This document shows positions 37,481 through 47,698 of a stretch of 64,000 nt of DNA, in pieces. A program made the position numbers and the translations under genes. Source of the DNA: an uncultured Anaerolinea sp. (GTDB lineage: Bacteria; Chloroflexota; Anaerolineae; Anaerolineales; Villigracilaceae); the NCBI GenBank assembly GCA_964436455.1, contig CAYTDB010000006.1, forward strand, positions 11,372 through 75,371, read 5' to 3'. Numbering within the stretch: position 1 is the first letter of the stretch; every line of letters begins with the position of its first letter. The notes under the pieces were generated by a model. The model had not been told where the DNA came from and did no database searches. It was given only the letters and a program-made list of their open reading frames with translations.

Positions 37481-38440
37481 CTATGAACAGGCTTCCACTG
37501 TGTCCTTGAAGGCTTGCTCCAATCCGCCGCGTGTGTAGCCCAGTGCCTGCCGGGCTGGTTCTGGATTAAAAAATGTATTGGCTGCCTGGATGTTGACATA
37601 GCTCAATAGATCAAGCCCGCCTTCGACGCCCTTGACCCAGCGGCTTATAAACATGGATAACATAAAGAGTTGAAGCGCAATCTTTGGGAGTATATTCACT
37701 TTAACATGCCTGCCCAGCCCGCGCCCAAAGCCCTGGAACATCTGCTCCCATGTCAGGTTCTCGTCACCGACAAGATACGCTTCGCCTCCCCTGCCCTGTT
37801 CTGCCGCGCCGACAATGGCTTCGGCGACACCTTTGACACTGACACAATTCGTCCCGCCGGTACAGAAATAGACCGAGCCGCTGCGTGCCATGTCAACCAG
37901 CGGTTTCCACATGGGTACGCGCCCTTCCATTCTGCCAAAGATATAAGGCAGTTCGAGCACCATCACTTCGAAATTCTCAGAGGAAAGAGAAAAACAAACC
38001 TGCTCCTGTTCCACCCGGCTGCGGATATAGGGATGTTTTTCAGCCATCTTCAATTCGGTCCAGATGCGGTTGAAATGTACAAAATAGGAGCCAAGCACAA
38101 CAACACGCTTGATCCCGGCTTGTTTCGCCAGTTTGAGAATCCGTCCAGTCACCTCCACATTATGGTGATGGAAAAAGGGATAGGCGGGTTTCTTCGGGTT
38201 GACACGATCGTCAATACCTGCGGCAAAGACCAGAGCATCCTGTCCGCCAAAAACATCGAGCAATTCTGCATCAGGTGCCGCTTCGATATTTTGCGTGATA
38301 AGCCTGACCTGTTTCAGGTAACCTTCATCCAACGGGAGCGGCGGCAACCCCAACACCGTGACGTGATGCCCCCGCCGTAAAAATTCCAACCCGGCATGGT
38401 AGCCGAGAAACCCGGTTCCGCCAATAATGAGTGTTTTCAT
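37481..38440 (-). CDS. NAD-dependent epimerase/dehydratase (extended SDR)
   Basis: GGTGFLG, YIRSR. Confidence 0.85.
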   Translation of the reverse strand: MKTLIIGGTGFLGYHAGLEFLRRGHHVTVLGLPPLPLDEGYLKQVRLITQNIEAAPDAELLDVFGGQDALVFAAGIDDRVNPKKPAYPFFHHHNVEVTGRILKLAKQAGIKRVVVLGSYFVHFNRIWTELKMAEKHPYIRSRVEQEQVCFSLSSENFEVMVLELPYIFGRMEGRVPMWKPLVDMARSGSVYFCTGGTNCVSVKGVAEAIVGAAEQGRGGEAYLVGDENLTWEQMFQGFGRGLGRHVKVNILPKIALQLFMLSMFISRWVKGVEGGLDLLSYVNIQAANTFFNPEPARQALGYTRGGLEQAFKDTVEACS

Positions 38441-40821
38441 TTTCTACTCCACCGCTGATTTGATTTATCGAGTTCCACCTGCACCATGATGGTATGCTGG
38501 GCTGTTCCGTACGCGAACGGCGTCCAATGATGGGACGTGAGCACGTTGACATTGCCGCCGCGATCCACACCACTCTCATCGGGTTCGTACCATGCGCCTT
38601 GCGGGATATCGATCACTCCCGGCAGGATGCGCGGTGTAACGCGGCACGGCAGGATCAACGCCCCGCGTCCGTTATAGACTTTGACCTGATCGCCATCTTT
38701 GATCTTTCTCTCCGCTGCATCAATGGGATTCATGAACACGCGTTGCGGGAAGGCCTCCTCCAACCAATCGTTGTTATCGTGCGTGGAATGGACCCGATGT
38801 AGAGTGTGGTGTCCGATAGCTTGGAGGGGATAGACGCTGTTGCGATACGCCAGAGACGGCGGAGCAATCTCCTCATGTGAGGCCAATTGCGGTCTAACGG
38901 GAGATTGCTTCGGCGGGCTGTCGCCCTCCTCGCAACGACATGTAAAAGGACTTTCCCATTCCTGAATATATTTTGGAATGGGAGGAATCTCTTCGGGATT
39001 GTTCAAGTCATAGAGCTGTTTCGAGAAGATCTCGATCTTGCCTGAAGGTGTCTTGAGCGGATATTTCTCCGGATCGCGGCGAAAGTCTTCGAAGGCAATG
39101 GCTGGCTTTTCAGCAGGACGAGTCCATGCGCCGAGATTTTGTTCTATAAACTCCTCAAAGGTTGGTAGTTCGGGGAAACGGATTCGGCGGAATTCATCCA
39201 GGCAGAATTTTGCCCATTCTTTTTCGTCACGCCCTTCGGTGAATGCTTCACCGATGCCAAGTCGTTCCGCAAGTTCAGCACAGATCTGGTAATCTGATTT
39301 ACTTTCACCTAATGGCTCAACCAGTTTCGGTTGAAGGATGACTTCATCGCCATACTTCCAGCCATCCTCCACACCCCAGGTTTCGAATTGCGTGCAGGCT
39401 GGCAGGATGATGTCTGCAAAGCGAGCGGTGGGAGTCAGGAAATTATCCTGTACAACGATGAACTCCACATTGGATTCATCGCGCAGGATTTCGGCGGTAC
39501 GGTTGATGTCCGCGTGTTGGTTGATGAGGCAGTTGGTGGCGACGGCGTATATGAGTTTGATGTCGTTGTCGAGTTTGTCGGCGCTGCGGATGCCGTCAGC
39601 TTGGGCCATGCTTTTTCCACGGAGGCAGGCTTCGGTCCAGAGAAAGACCGGGATGGTTGCTTTGACAGGATTCTCTCCGGTCGGGAAAACGGTCCAGAGC
39701 CCGCCGCCGTCCGGGGCTTGTAGACCAAGTCCACTAGCCCAGCCACCTGGAACTCCAACATTGCCTGTGATCGCCGCCAACACGCATCCCGCACGGACGA
39801 CCTGCTCGCCATATGCGCGGCGCTGCATGCCATAGCCCTGATACAGCACCGACGGTTTGATAGTGGCATATTCGCGCGCGATACGGGCGATGGTTTCAGC
39901 AGGTACAGCAGTGATGGACTCCGCCCATTGCGGGGTCTTGGGTAAGCCATCACTCGCACCCAAAATGTAATCGCTATAACTCTCCGCACCTTCAACAGGC
40001 ATCTGATTCGAATCAAACCCAACACAATGCGTGCGCACGAACTCGGCATCGTAAAGATTTTCAGTGAGCATTACATATGCTATCGCGCTCATCATGGCGG
40101 TGTCGGTGCCGGGACGAATGGGAATCCATTCATCAGCCAGTGCCGCGGCGCTCAAAGAATGGCGCGGGTCAATACAGATCACTCGCGCGCCGTTCTGCCG
40201 CGCCAACTTGACGAAATAATCGCTGTTCGTGCCATCCCGCATCTCGGCCGGGTTCCAGCCCCACATGATGATGTATTTTGCGTTCAACCAATCCTGCCGC
40301 TGGTTGCCTGTGACAAGCGTGCCATAGACAGTTGGTGTTGCCAAGTTTGTCGCCGCCCACGAATATGAGTTGTAAATGCCGAGACAGCCGCCATATAGAT
40401 TCATCAATCGCCGCGCAACATGTGAACCGTTGAGCTGATTGTAGGAGCCCGTTCCATACGGGACAAACAATGCGGAACTTCCATACTTACGTTTGACACG
40501 TTCCATTTGGGACACGACTACATCCAAAGCCTCATCCCACGAAATGGGATGGAACTCTCCGCCCCCGCGCCTGCCGACTCTTTTCAGAGGCTGGGTCAAT
40601 CGATCAGGGTGATACTGACGTCGCAAATAGGCGCGTCCGCGCACACAGGCACGTAATTGAGGTGCGGCGACAGTATCGGGTCGGTCGTCGGTTTCCAGTT
40701 GGAGGATGCGCCCATCACGGACAGTCGCGATCAACAGGCAACGTCCACCGCAATTGTGAGCGGGACAACCGACGCGGATTCCTTGTTCGGAAGATGGAGG
40801 ATGGCTTTTCAAGAGAGGCAT
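38437..40821 (-). CDS. DmsA/YnfE-like molybdopterin oxidoreductase catalytic subunit, no Tat signal
   Basis: CPAHNCGGRC..ACVRG, YHPDRL, SYSW ligand region, TPSGKIE, RVHST; start placed 6 nt after TACACT. Confidence 0.9.
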   Translation of the reverse strand: MPLLKSHPPSSEQGIRVGCPAHNCGGRCLLIATVRDGRILQLETDDRPDTVAAPQLRACVRGRAYLRRQYHPDRLTQPLKRVGRRGGGEFHPISWDEALDVVVSQMERVKRKYGSSALFVPYGTGSYNQLNGSHVARRLMNLYGGCLGIYNSYSWAATNLATPTVYGTLVTGNQRQDWLNAKYIIMWGWNPAEMRDGTNSDYFVKLARQNGARVICIDPRHSLSAAALADEWIPIRPGTDTAMMSAIAYVMLTENLYDAEFVRTHCVGFDSNQMPVEGAESYSDYILGASDGLPKTPQWAESITAVPAETIARIAREYATIKPSVLYQGYGMQRRAYGEQVVRAGCVLAAITGNVGVPGGWASGLGLQAPDGGGLWTVFPTGENPVKATIPVFLWTEACLRGKSMAQADGIRSADKLDNDIKLIYAVATNCLINQHADINRTAEILRDESNVEFIVVQDNFLTPTARFADIILPACTQFETWGVEDGWKYGDEVILQPKLVEPLGESKSDYQICAELAERLGIGEAFTEGRDEKEWAKFCLDEFRRIRFPELPTFEEFIEQNLGAWTRPAEKPAIAFEDFRRDPEKYPLKTPSGKIEIFSKQLYDLNNPEEIPPIPKYIQEWESPFTCRCEEGDSPPKQSPVRPQLASHEEIAPPSLAYRNSVYPLQAIGHHTLHRVHSTHDNNDWLEEAFPQRVFMNPIDAAERKIKDGDQVKVYNGRGALILPCRVTPRILPGVIDIPQGAWYEPDESGVDRGGNVNVLTSHHWTPFAYGTAQHTIMVQVELDKSNQRWSRK
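38836..38939. repeat. REP/RPE-like palindromic element inserted in frame in the DmsA-like gene
   Basis: GTTGCGA..AGCAATCTC..GAGATTGCT..TCGCAAC nested inverted repeats. Confidence 0.75.
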
Positions 40822-40902
40822 TATCTCAGTGTACAAACTTCCCAACAGATGAGGAAGTGATGGAGGTCATGGATTCAAACTGACAATACTTTTGTTCTTA
40901 CA

Positions 40903-40937
40903 AAGAAAAAGACTGGCTTGCGACCAGTCCTTTTCTT
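40903..40937 (-). terminator. Intrinsic terminator after the ACIII operon
   Basis: GACTGG/CCAGTC hairpin flanked by A- and T-tracts. Confidence 0.65.
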
Positions 40938-40940
40938 GTG

Positions 40941-41627
40941 TTACGGTGAAGTGCTTGCAGATGCACCCTCGGGCGCGATTATCCGTCCGGCAAAGATCAG
41001 GGGACCTTTATCCGGCACATCAGCAGTTCGTCCCAAAGGCATGATGGGACGATTTATCTGGGAAACACCATCAGGTGCGTAGAGCATTTGATACAGCAGG
41101 GATTCCTCCCACACACCGCCACCGAGGATATCTTTGCCCTTCGGTTCACCATTAGCGCGCATAGAGCCGGCAAGGATGCCGGCATAACTGCTCAAGTCCA
41201 TGTTCTGGAGGGCGAGTGTCAGATTGGGTTGGTGACAGGAAGAACAGGATAACGAACCCGGATACCAAATATTGGATTCGGTGAATAACGGCTGGACGTC
41301 CCTGCCGAAGACCGCTTCACATTCCTGTCCGTTGACATCGGCAAATGTAAACTTGTCGGTCTCAGGGACTCCCGCTGTGACCCAGGCACCGATCAAATCA
41401 ACCGCCGCAACCTGACACTTATTGAACACAGCATCACCCCCCCCAACCTGCACCGGCAAGGTGGCAGGGATCAACGTGGGAATGGGGGTCACGTCCACTG
41501 GCGGTTCACCGCGGTTACAGGTGAAGGTAAATCCACAGGAGGAAACATAGACGATGCTGAACCACAAACCCAGCATCAGGAAGAAACCAATTATGGTTCC
41601 GAAGATCACTTTTCTTACATCATTCAT
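40941..41627 (-). CDS. Membrane-anchored monoheme cytochrome c (planctomycete-cytochrome-like)
   Basis: TM, CSSCH, MDLSSYAGIL..SLLY..MP. Confidence 0.75.
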   Translation of the reverse strand: MNDVRKVIFGTIIGFFLMLGLWFSIVYVSSCGFTFTCNRGEPPVDVTPIPTLIPATLPVQVGGGDAVFNKCQVAAVDLIGAWVTAGVPETDKFTFADVNGQECEAVFGRDVQPLFTESNIWYPGSLSCSSCHQPNLTLALQNMDLSSYAGILAGSMRANGEPKGKDILGGGVWEESLLYQMLYAPDGVSQINRPIMPLGRTADVPDKGPLIFAGRIIAPEGASASTSP

Positions 41628-41641
41628 GGATGGCTCCTCCC

Positions 41642-42154
41642 CTATTGTGCGGCTTTCAAAGTGCGGATGAAATTAATAACATCCCAACGTTCCCGGACGG
41701 TCAGGTTTTCGTTGAGGGCAGGCATGCGGTCTGTCACACCGTTGGTTACTGTCAGGAACAGAGCGCCATCACTTTTATCCTGCACAACAGGCAGTGTCAG
41801 GTTGGCAGGCTTGAAGTTCACAAGGAACGGAGCGATGGAACCGTTGCCTTCGCCGCCGGCGCCGTGGCACATCTGGCAGTGAATGGAGAATAATTGAGCG
41901 CCCCGCGCAACAGATACTTCATCTGCCTCAACCGGGTTTTCAGGCGCGCCCAGGTTCGGAATGGCAATCGGTCCCTCAATCGGGATCGACCGTTCGGGAA
42001 TCGGAAGCGGGTTTTCCATCGGTCTGAAAGACGGCTGGATCTCCATGAAGGAAGGCCACTCCACTTTGATGACATCATACGTGAACAACATTCCAATGGC
42101 TGCCAGCACACCAACAGCACCCATCACGAACAGCAATTGTTTAATAAGCCTCAT
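41642..42154 (-). CDS. actE: ActE-like monoheme cytochrome c
   Basis: MEIQPSFRPME, CQMCH, DGALFLTVTNG..MP. Confidence 0.75.
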   Translation of the reverse strand: MRLIKQLLFVMGAVGVLAAIGMLFTYDVIKVEWPSFMEIQPSFRPMENPLPIPERSIPIEGPIAIPNLGAPENPVEADEVSVARGAQLFSIHCQMCHGAGGEGNGSIAPFLVNFKPANLTLPVVQDKSDGALFLTVTNGVTDRMPALNENLTVRERWDVINFIRTLKAAQ

Positions 42155-42675
42155 AGGTGTTGTGCCTCCGTGTATTGCACGGACTCAGCACCCATCTTCT
42201 TCAGCATATCCGTGACTTTCTTTTCATCAGGCGGTGCACATTCGATCAGGATCGCGATCTTGCCGTCACTGATCTCAGGCACATATTTCATCGGGCGGTA
42301 GGATGGGAAATAGCTATCCAGGAACACGCCGAGAAAAGTGGAAAGCAACATCAGGAGCATGGTCATTTCGAAAATCACGATAATCGCCGGGGGAATCGGG
42401 GTGAAGGGCTGCCCACCAACTTCGATCGTGTACAGGTTTGGTGAGACGAAACCCAGGAACACGCCCAGGGTAAAACCAGCTGCTGCGCCGCCCATCGCAA
42501 GCCGCGGAACGTTCGTCCACTGACTGGGACGTCCCAGCATGGCTTCAGTGACCGGGATGCCGGAGATGACGTTCATGCAATCATCATGAACCCCCAAATT
42601 ACGCAGCTGCTCAATGGCATCTGCGGCAGGGTTAATATCTGAAAAGATCGCCAGGATGGATTTTTCTTCTGCCAT
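42151..42675 (-). CDS. actD: ActD-like (DUF3341) membrane subunit
   Basis: Two TM, VGGQP, IVIFEMTML; position after actC. Confidence 0.8.
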   Translation of the reverse strand: MAEEKSILAIFSDINPAADAIEQLRNLGVHDDCMNVISGIPVTEAMLGRPSQWTNVPRLAMGGAAAGFTLGVFLGFVSPNLYTIEVGGQPFTPIPPAIIVIFEMTMLLMLLSTFLGVFLDSYFPSYRPMKYVPEISDGKIAILIECAPPDEKKVTDMLKKMGAESVQYTEAQHL

Positions 42676-42685
42676 ATCTCGACTC

Positions 42686-44119
42686 CTATTCCAAATCACT
42701 GACCGTCACAACCGTCTCGCGTCCAAACTGGCGGAGCGAGTGTGCCATCTGGCCTTCCTGTACTTCCCAAACCGGGATAAGCGGGATCAATTTGGATGCC
42801 GCCATGTATAGCAGGATGAAGAAGGCAACCGTGCCGAGTCCCAGCCAGACTTCAATGCCCGGCTCGTACATTCTCCATGTGAACGGCATGCGGTTGATGG
42901 TCAGCGAGATCGGGACGATGATATAACGTTCGAACCACATGCCCACATTAATGAAGAAACCCACTCCAAACAGCAGCCAGGGGGAGGATCGCCATTTCCT
43001 GTTCCATAGCACTGCCCAGGGAATGACAATATTACAGATCAACATACCGAACCACATCCAACCCATGGGACCGGCTTCATGCCAATGGAGCAAGATCTTC
43101 GTCCATTTGTCGCCGCCGTACCACTGCACAATGTAATCGTTGAAGAAGAAATATGCCCACGTCATGGAAATGATCAACATGAGCTTTCCGATGGCTTCAA
43201 AGTGCTCGGGACGGATGAAGTACTTCATGTTCTTCATGGTGCCTCGTACAACTGCCAGCACCATAATAACGGCTCCCATGCCGGAGTGCAAAGCGCCGAC
43301 AATGAAGTAGGGACCGAAGATCGTGGAACTCCAGCCAGGGCGGGTCGCCATGGCAAAGTCCCAGGAAACAATGGTGTGCACCGAGAACATGACCGGGATG
43401 ATCGCAAAGGCAAAGATGTTCAAGGCGTTGCGCAGATGCGCCCATTCGCCTTCGGTGCCGCGGAAGCCAAGCGCAAGGACTTTGTAAAAGGTCTTCTGCC
43501 AGCCCGTGGAACGGTCACGCGCCATCGCCAGGTCCGGGATGAGCGGCAGGAAAAGGTACATGGTGGAGGAAAGCAAATAGGTGGTGATCGCCAGCAGGTC
43601 CCAGGAAAGAGGCGAATGGAAGTTGGGCCATAGTTGGCGCTGGTTGGGTATGGGCATGAGCCAGTACGATAACCAGACACGTCCCATGTGCATGAAAACG
43701 CTGAAACCAGCCTGAATGAGACCGAAGGTGGTCATCAACTCAGCCGCACGCGTGAACGGACGGCGGAATTCCGCCTTGAACACACGCAGGATGGCAGAGA
43801 TGAACGTCCCTGCATGGCTGATGCCGATCCAGAAAACTGTATTGACGAGGAAGATACCCCAATAAGACGGGCGGTTGACGCCAGCCACACCCAGTCCTTC
43901 GAGGATCATCACGCCCCATTTGTAGAACAGGGCGTAGGCAACGAACGCAGCCAGCAAACCGAAAACCACCCAGAACTTCCAGGAGGTGGTATGCATGGAT
44001 TCCATGACCATCGCGTTCATTTCACCGCGCGGCATGGGGTCGAGCATCAGATGTTGTTCGCGCAGGTGCTCCTCATGCGACTTGTGAGTGTGTTCTGTAT
44101 GTTTCTTGTTGTCAGCCAT
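42686..44119 (-). CDS. actC: ActC / NrfD-family quinol-binding membrane subunit
   Basis: VFWIGISHAGTFISAIL, RAAELMT, WPNFHSPL.WD, SVHTIVSWDFA, GMWFERY. Confidence 0.9.
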   Translation of the reverse strand: MADNKKHTEHTHKSHEEHLREQHLMLDPMPRGEMNAMVMESMHTTSWKFWVVFGLLAAFVAYALFYKWGVMILEGLGVAGVNRPSYWGIFLVNTVFWIGISHAGTFISAILRVFKAEFRRPFTRAAELMTTFGLIQAGFSVFMHMGRVWLSYWLMPIPNQRQLWPNFHSPLSWDLLAITTYLLSSTMYLFLPLIPDLAMARDRSTGWQKTFYKVLALGFRGTEGEWAHLRNALNIFAFAIIPVMFSVHTIVSWDFAMATRPGWSSTIFGPYFIVGALHSGMGAVIMVLAVVRGTMKNMKYFIRPEHFEAIGKLMLIISMTWAYFFFNDYIVQWYGGDKWTKILLHWHEAGPMGWMWFGMLICNIVIPWAVLWNRKWRSSPWLLFGVGFFINVGMWFERYIIVPISLTINRMPFTWRMYEPGIEVWLGLGTVAFFILLYMAASKLIPLIPVWEVQEGQMAHSLRQFGRETVVTVSDLE

Positions 44120-44120
44120 G

Positions 44121-44873
44121 TTACGCTCCCTTGAGATAGGTCACGGTGGGAAGCGTGCCCAATTCTTCAAGATGAAGTTCAGCACGGGACGTGCGTGCCA
44201 ATTGAACAACCAAACTCTCGGGGTTATCGATACGCCCAAAGGTGATGGCATTTGCAGGACAAGCCTGTGCGCAGGCGGTGGTGAATTCGCCGTCTGCCAC
44301 TTCGCGCCCCTCAGATTTCGCCTTATCCTGTGCATGGTGAATGCGCTGGATGCAGAACGTGCACTTCTCCATCACACCGCGGCGGCGGACGGTCACATCG
44401 GGATTGAACTGGTTGGCAAGGATGGTGATCTCAGGTCGTTCGCGGCTGTCCTGATAATCGCGCCAGTTGAATGAGCGTACCTGGTACGGACAGTTGTTCG
44501 CGCAGTAACGTGTGCCCACACAGCGGTTATAAACCTGCAAATTGATCTTCTCAGCCTGGCTATGCACGGTCGCAAAAGCCGGACAGACCGGTTCACAAGG
44601 AGCCTTGCCGCATTGTTGGCAGAGCATGGGCTGGTAATCGGTCATCTTCACTTCGGGATACTCACCCTCCCAAAAGCGCTCCGTACGGATCCAGTGCATC
44701 GAGCGCCCATAGCCCGCATCCTCCTCGCCGACGAATGGGACGTTGTTCTCCATCGCGCAGGCTGCCACACAAGCCTGACAACCTGTACAGATGTCCATGT
44801 CGATGACCATGCCCCATTTGCCGGATTCTTCTTCAGCCATTTTTACTTCAGGAATTTTCAATTCAGTCGCCAT
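44121..44873 (-). CDS. ActB2/QrcC-like 4Fe-4S subunit
   Basis: CTGCQACVAAC, CQQC..PCEPVCP, YNRCVGTRYCANNCPY, VMEKCTFC. Confidence 0.9.
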   Translation of the reverse strand: MATELKIPEVKMAEEESGKWGMVIDMDICTGCQACVAACAMENNVPFVGEEDAGYGRSMHWIRTERFWEGEYPEVKMTDYQPMLCQQCGKAPCEPVCPAFATVHSQAEKINLQVYNRCVGTRYCANNCPYQVRSFNWRDYQDSRERPEITILANQFNPDVTVRRRGVMEKCTFCIQRIHHAQDKAKSEGREVADGEFTTACAQACPANAITFGRIDNPESLVVQLARTSRAELHLEELGTLPTVTYLKGA

Positions 44874-44876
44874 ACT

Positions 44877-47039
44877 TTAATGCTCCTCACCCATTCCTTC
44901 GCCATACACACCGATGCGGCTCTCAAGGCGGGACAAAACTTGTTTCTTGCCGGTCTTCTTTACCTCGACCTTCATGCCTGCAAACGCAAGGTCGCCTGCT
45001 TCATTCAAATGGATACCCAGGACTTCCGCAGGATTCGCGCCGCGCCCGGCAGCATATTGTCCATAAGCAGTATGACCCTGCCCGAACGGCATGGCGATCA
45101 CATCTGGACGTATGGCTGGATACAAATAAACGGGCGCTTCCACGCTCCCAGCCTCGCTCACGATCTCCAAAATGTCATCATTCTCGATGTGAAGTTCATG
45201 TGCAGTTTCCGGGTTCATCTCGACCCACGTGTTCCACATGACTGTTGTGGTCGGATCGGGTAATTCCTGCAGCCAAGGTTTGTTCGCGCCTGCTTCAGCC
45301 AACGTGGGTGAAACAAACGGCAGGAAGAAGAACTCGCCTTCACCGGCAAATTCTGCCACACCGGGGTTTAGTTTCTTCCCCAGCGCGCTGGATGCAGACG
45401 GAGTTGATAAAGCCGGGTCAGTTGCCCACCAACCGCCATTCTGTTGGAAGTAGGCAGTGAACGAATTGATCTCCGGCGCAAAGAAGAAACCTTCCTCACC
45501 CACCAGCCCGGACAGTTTACTTTGGAGAAATGCAACTTCATCCGCAAAAGGCAGGGCTTCGGGAGCGGCAGCAATGAACACGTCCGCTGTTGCACGGGTA
45601 TTGAAAAATGGAACAACCACCGGTTGCGCACCGGAAAGAACAGGTTTTGACGAAACCACAGCCCGCTGATAGCCCCATGATTCCAATCCGTGATGGTCAG
45701 GGAAGATGTAATCGGAGGCAAGCGCTGTCTCATCCGGGAAGGTTGCAAACGAGATCACCTGCGGGACGGATTTCAACGCATCCGCAAAGCCAAAGTGCGA
45801 GGGTAATTCGAACACCGGATTGACACCGTGAACGAACAGAACCTTCACGCTGCCACTCTTCATCTTTGCGATGAAATCAGTCATTTCCTTTGCGCTTGCC
45901 GGACGATGATAGGCATCCTGATTCGGCGCAAGCGGAGTGACGAACACGCCGCCGGGCAGACCGAAATTGCCAACTGCTGCATTCAAAGCCAGCACGGATT
46001 CAGCCGTGGCAAGCCCGTTATTTTGACCCAGCGCCGCGCCGCCGGGGATGGCAAGCGGGTGATGGGCATTGACAAGCAATTGAGCGATACGTTCAAGTGT
46101 CTCCAACTTCACACCGGATTCAGCTGCAACACCGACAGGATCAACTGATGAAAATGCCACGGGTACTGTGCCGCCCTTTGCCTCAGCCACGAGTCTGCCG
46201 ATGGCAAGCGCGACCAGTCCCTCGGTCCCGGGATGAACCGGAATCCACTCGTCTGCCTTGGATGCAGTTTGTGACATCCTTGCTTCGAACTGGATGAAGT
46301 AGCCGCGTCGCTCGGGGTTTCCGCGTCGCATCTTTGAAAATCCGCGGGTGAATGAGACCGGAGAAAGCCAGGTTTCGAGGAAATTCGCACCGAATGAAAG
46401 GACGACATCCGCATTTTCAAGATCGAAGAACGGCATGGCGGATTTACCCAAAAGATTCTCAGCCGCCTTGGTCAAGGTGGCACGCGCTTCGAACATGCCC
46501 AACGCCCCAAAACGGACCGGGGCAGGCGCACCAATGGATTTCGCGAGATCTGTTACCAGGTCGAAGAGATGATCGGGAGCCATCCCCATTAGGAAGGCGA
46601 TCTCGGATGAATTGGTATTTTTCAGCGCATCTGAAACGATCTGGATGGCGGACTCCCATTGGAGGGTATCTTTTGAAAGTTTCGAGTTGCGGCTTTGTCT
46701 GGTCGGGTTTTCGACACGATCCGGGTTATACAAACCCTGTAAAGTAGCCTGCCCGCGCGCGCAGGTCCTGCCGAGGTTGACAGGGTTATTGGCGTTGCCT
46801 TCCACTTTGATGGCGCGTCCCTGCATGGTGCGGACAACGAGTCCGCAAGCCGCAGCACATTCGCGGCAGGTCGTGGCGTAATAGGTACTCAAACCATTGT
46901 AGGTGTACTCGGGCATCTTCGCGTACGGTTCGCGGTCCACATAACGCGAAGTGGGACCGCAACCGGTAAGGACCGCAGTGGTCGCCGCGCCTGCACTGGC
47001 TAATTTGAGAAAATCACGCCGGGAAATTTGTTTGCTCAT
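44877..47039 (-). CDS. ActB1/QrcB-like molybdopterin-oxidoreductase-fold subunit (Tat lipoprotein)
   Basis: SRRDFLK Tat motif, LTGC lipobox, CRECAAAC..CARG, PWLQELPDP. Confidence 0.88.
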   Translation of the reverse strand: MSKQISRRDFLKLASAGAATTAVLTGCGPTSRYVDREPYAKMPEYTYNGLSTYYATTCRECAAACGLVVRTMQGRAIKVEGNANNPVNLGRTCARGQATLQGLYNPDRVENPTRQSRNSKLSKDTLQWESAIQIVSDALKNTNSSEIAFLMGMAPDHLFDLVTDLAKSIGAPAPVRFGALGMFEARATLTKAAENLLGKSAMPFFDLENADVVLSFGANFLETWLSPVSFTRGFSKMRRGNPERRGYFIQFEARMSQTASKADEWIPVHPGTEGLVALAIGRLVAEAKGGTVPVAFSSVDPVGVAAESGVKLETLERIAQLLVNAHHPLAIPGGAALGQNNGLATAESVLALNAAVGNFGLPGGVFVTPLAPNQDAYHRPASAKEMTDFIAKMKSGSVKVLFVHGVNPVFELPSHFGFADALKSVPQVISFATFPDETALASDYIFPDHHGLESWGYQRAVVSSKPVLSGAQPVVVPFFNTRATADVFIAAAPEALPFADEVAFLQSKLSGLVGEEGFFFAPEINSFTAYFQQNGGWWATDPALSTPSASSALGKKLNPGVAEFAGEGEFFFLPFVSPTLAEAGANKPWLQELPDPTTTVMWNTWVEMNPETAHELHIENDDILEIVSEAGSVEAPVYLYPAIRPDVIAMPFGQGHTAYGQYAAGRGANPAEVLGIHLNEAGDLAFAGMKVEVKKTGKKQVLSRLESRIGVYGEGMGEEH

Positions 47040-47061
47040 AATATCTTCCTTTTCACCCGGA

Positions 47062-47619
47062 TTAATAATGACACGTCCCGCAGTCGGTGAGTTTGACAAG
47101 TTTCTCTTCATCGTCACCGGCTTTTTCCTTGTGGCAGTTCAAACACCAACCCATGTTCATCACCTGCGGATTCTCGGCGATCTCCACCTTGCTCATGTCA
47201 CCGTGACAGGTTTCGCAGTTCACTCCTGCCGCAATGTGAGGACGATGGTTAAAGTGAACGAAATCCGGCACTTTTGCAACTGGCGCCCAGACAAAATTGG
47301 TGCCAGCTGCCATCGCTTCAACCATGGGCTTGAGTTTTTCGCTCGTTTGCGTCTTTGCAATTTGCTGGTGACATCCCCAGCATTTGTTGATCGTCGGCAG
47401 ACCAGAGGAGGCTCCACGCAGAGCGCCGGGATGGCAGTACAAACACTGGAGGCCAAATCCCACATGCAGGTTATGCGGGAATTGAATAGGCTGGGGATTG
47501 GGATTCTGCTGTGTTTGATAAATGCCAAAAGCAGCAAGACTGAACACAGCCAGCGCCGCTATGACCACAGCGATCCGCCCCATTGGGCTAATCACCCATT
47601 CGAATAATTTCTTGACCAT
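47062..47619 (-). CDS. actA: ActA-like pentaheme cytochrome c
   Basis: TM plus CLYCH, CWGCH, CETCH, CLNCH, CGTCH. Confidence 0.88.
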   Translation of the reverse strand: MVKKLFEWVISPMGRIAVVIAALAVFSLAAFGIYQTQQNPNPQPIQFPHNLHVGFGLQCLYCHPGALRGASSGLPTINKCWGCHQQIAKTQTSEKLKPMVEAMAAGTNFVWAPVAKVPDFVHFNHRPHIAAGVNCETCHGDMSKVEIAENPQVMNMGWCLNCHKEKAGDDEEKLVKLTDCGTCHY

Positions 47620-47698
47620 GCAAGCTCCTGTAACAGATTTATTCTGAATTCAGACTCAATAACATATAAATTGCATCGTAAAGGTGGATATTATCCGC

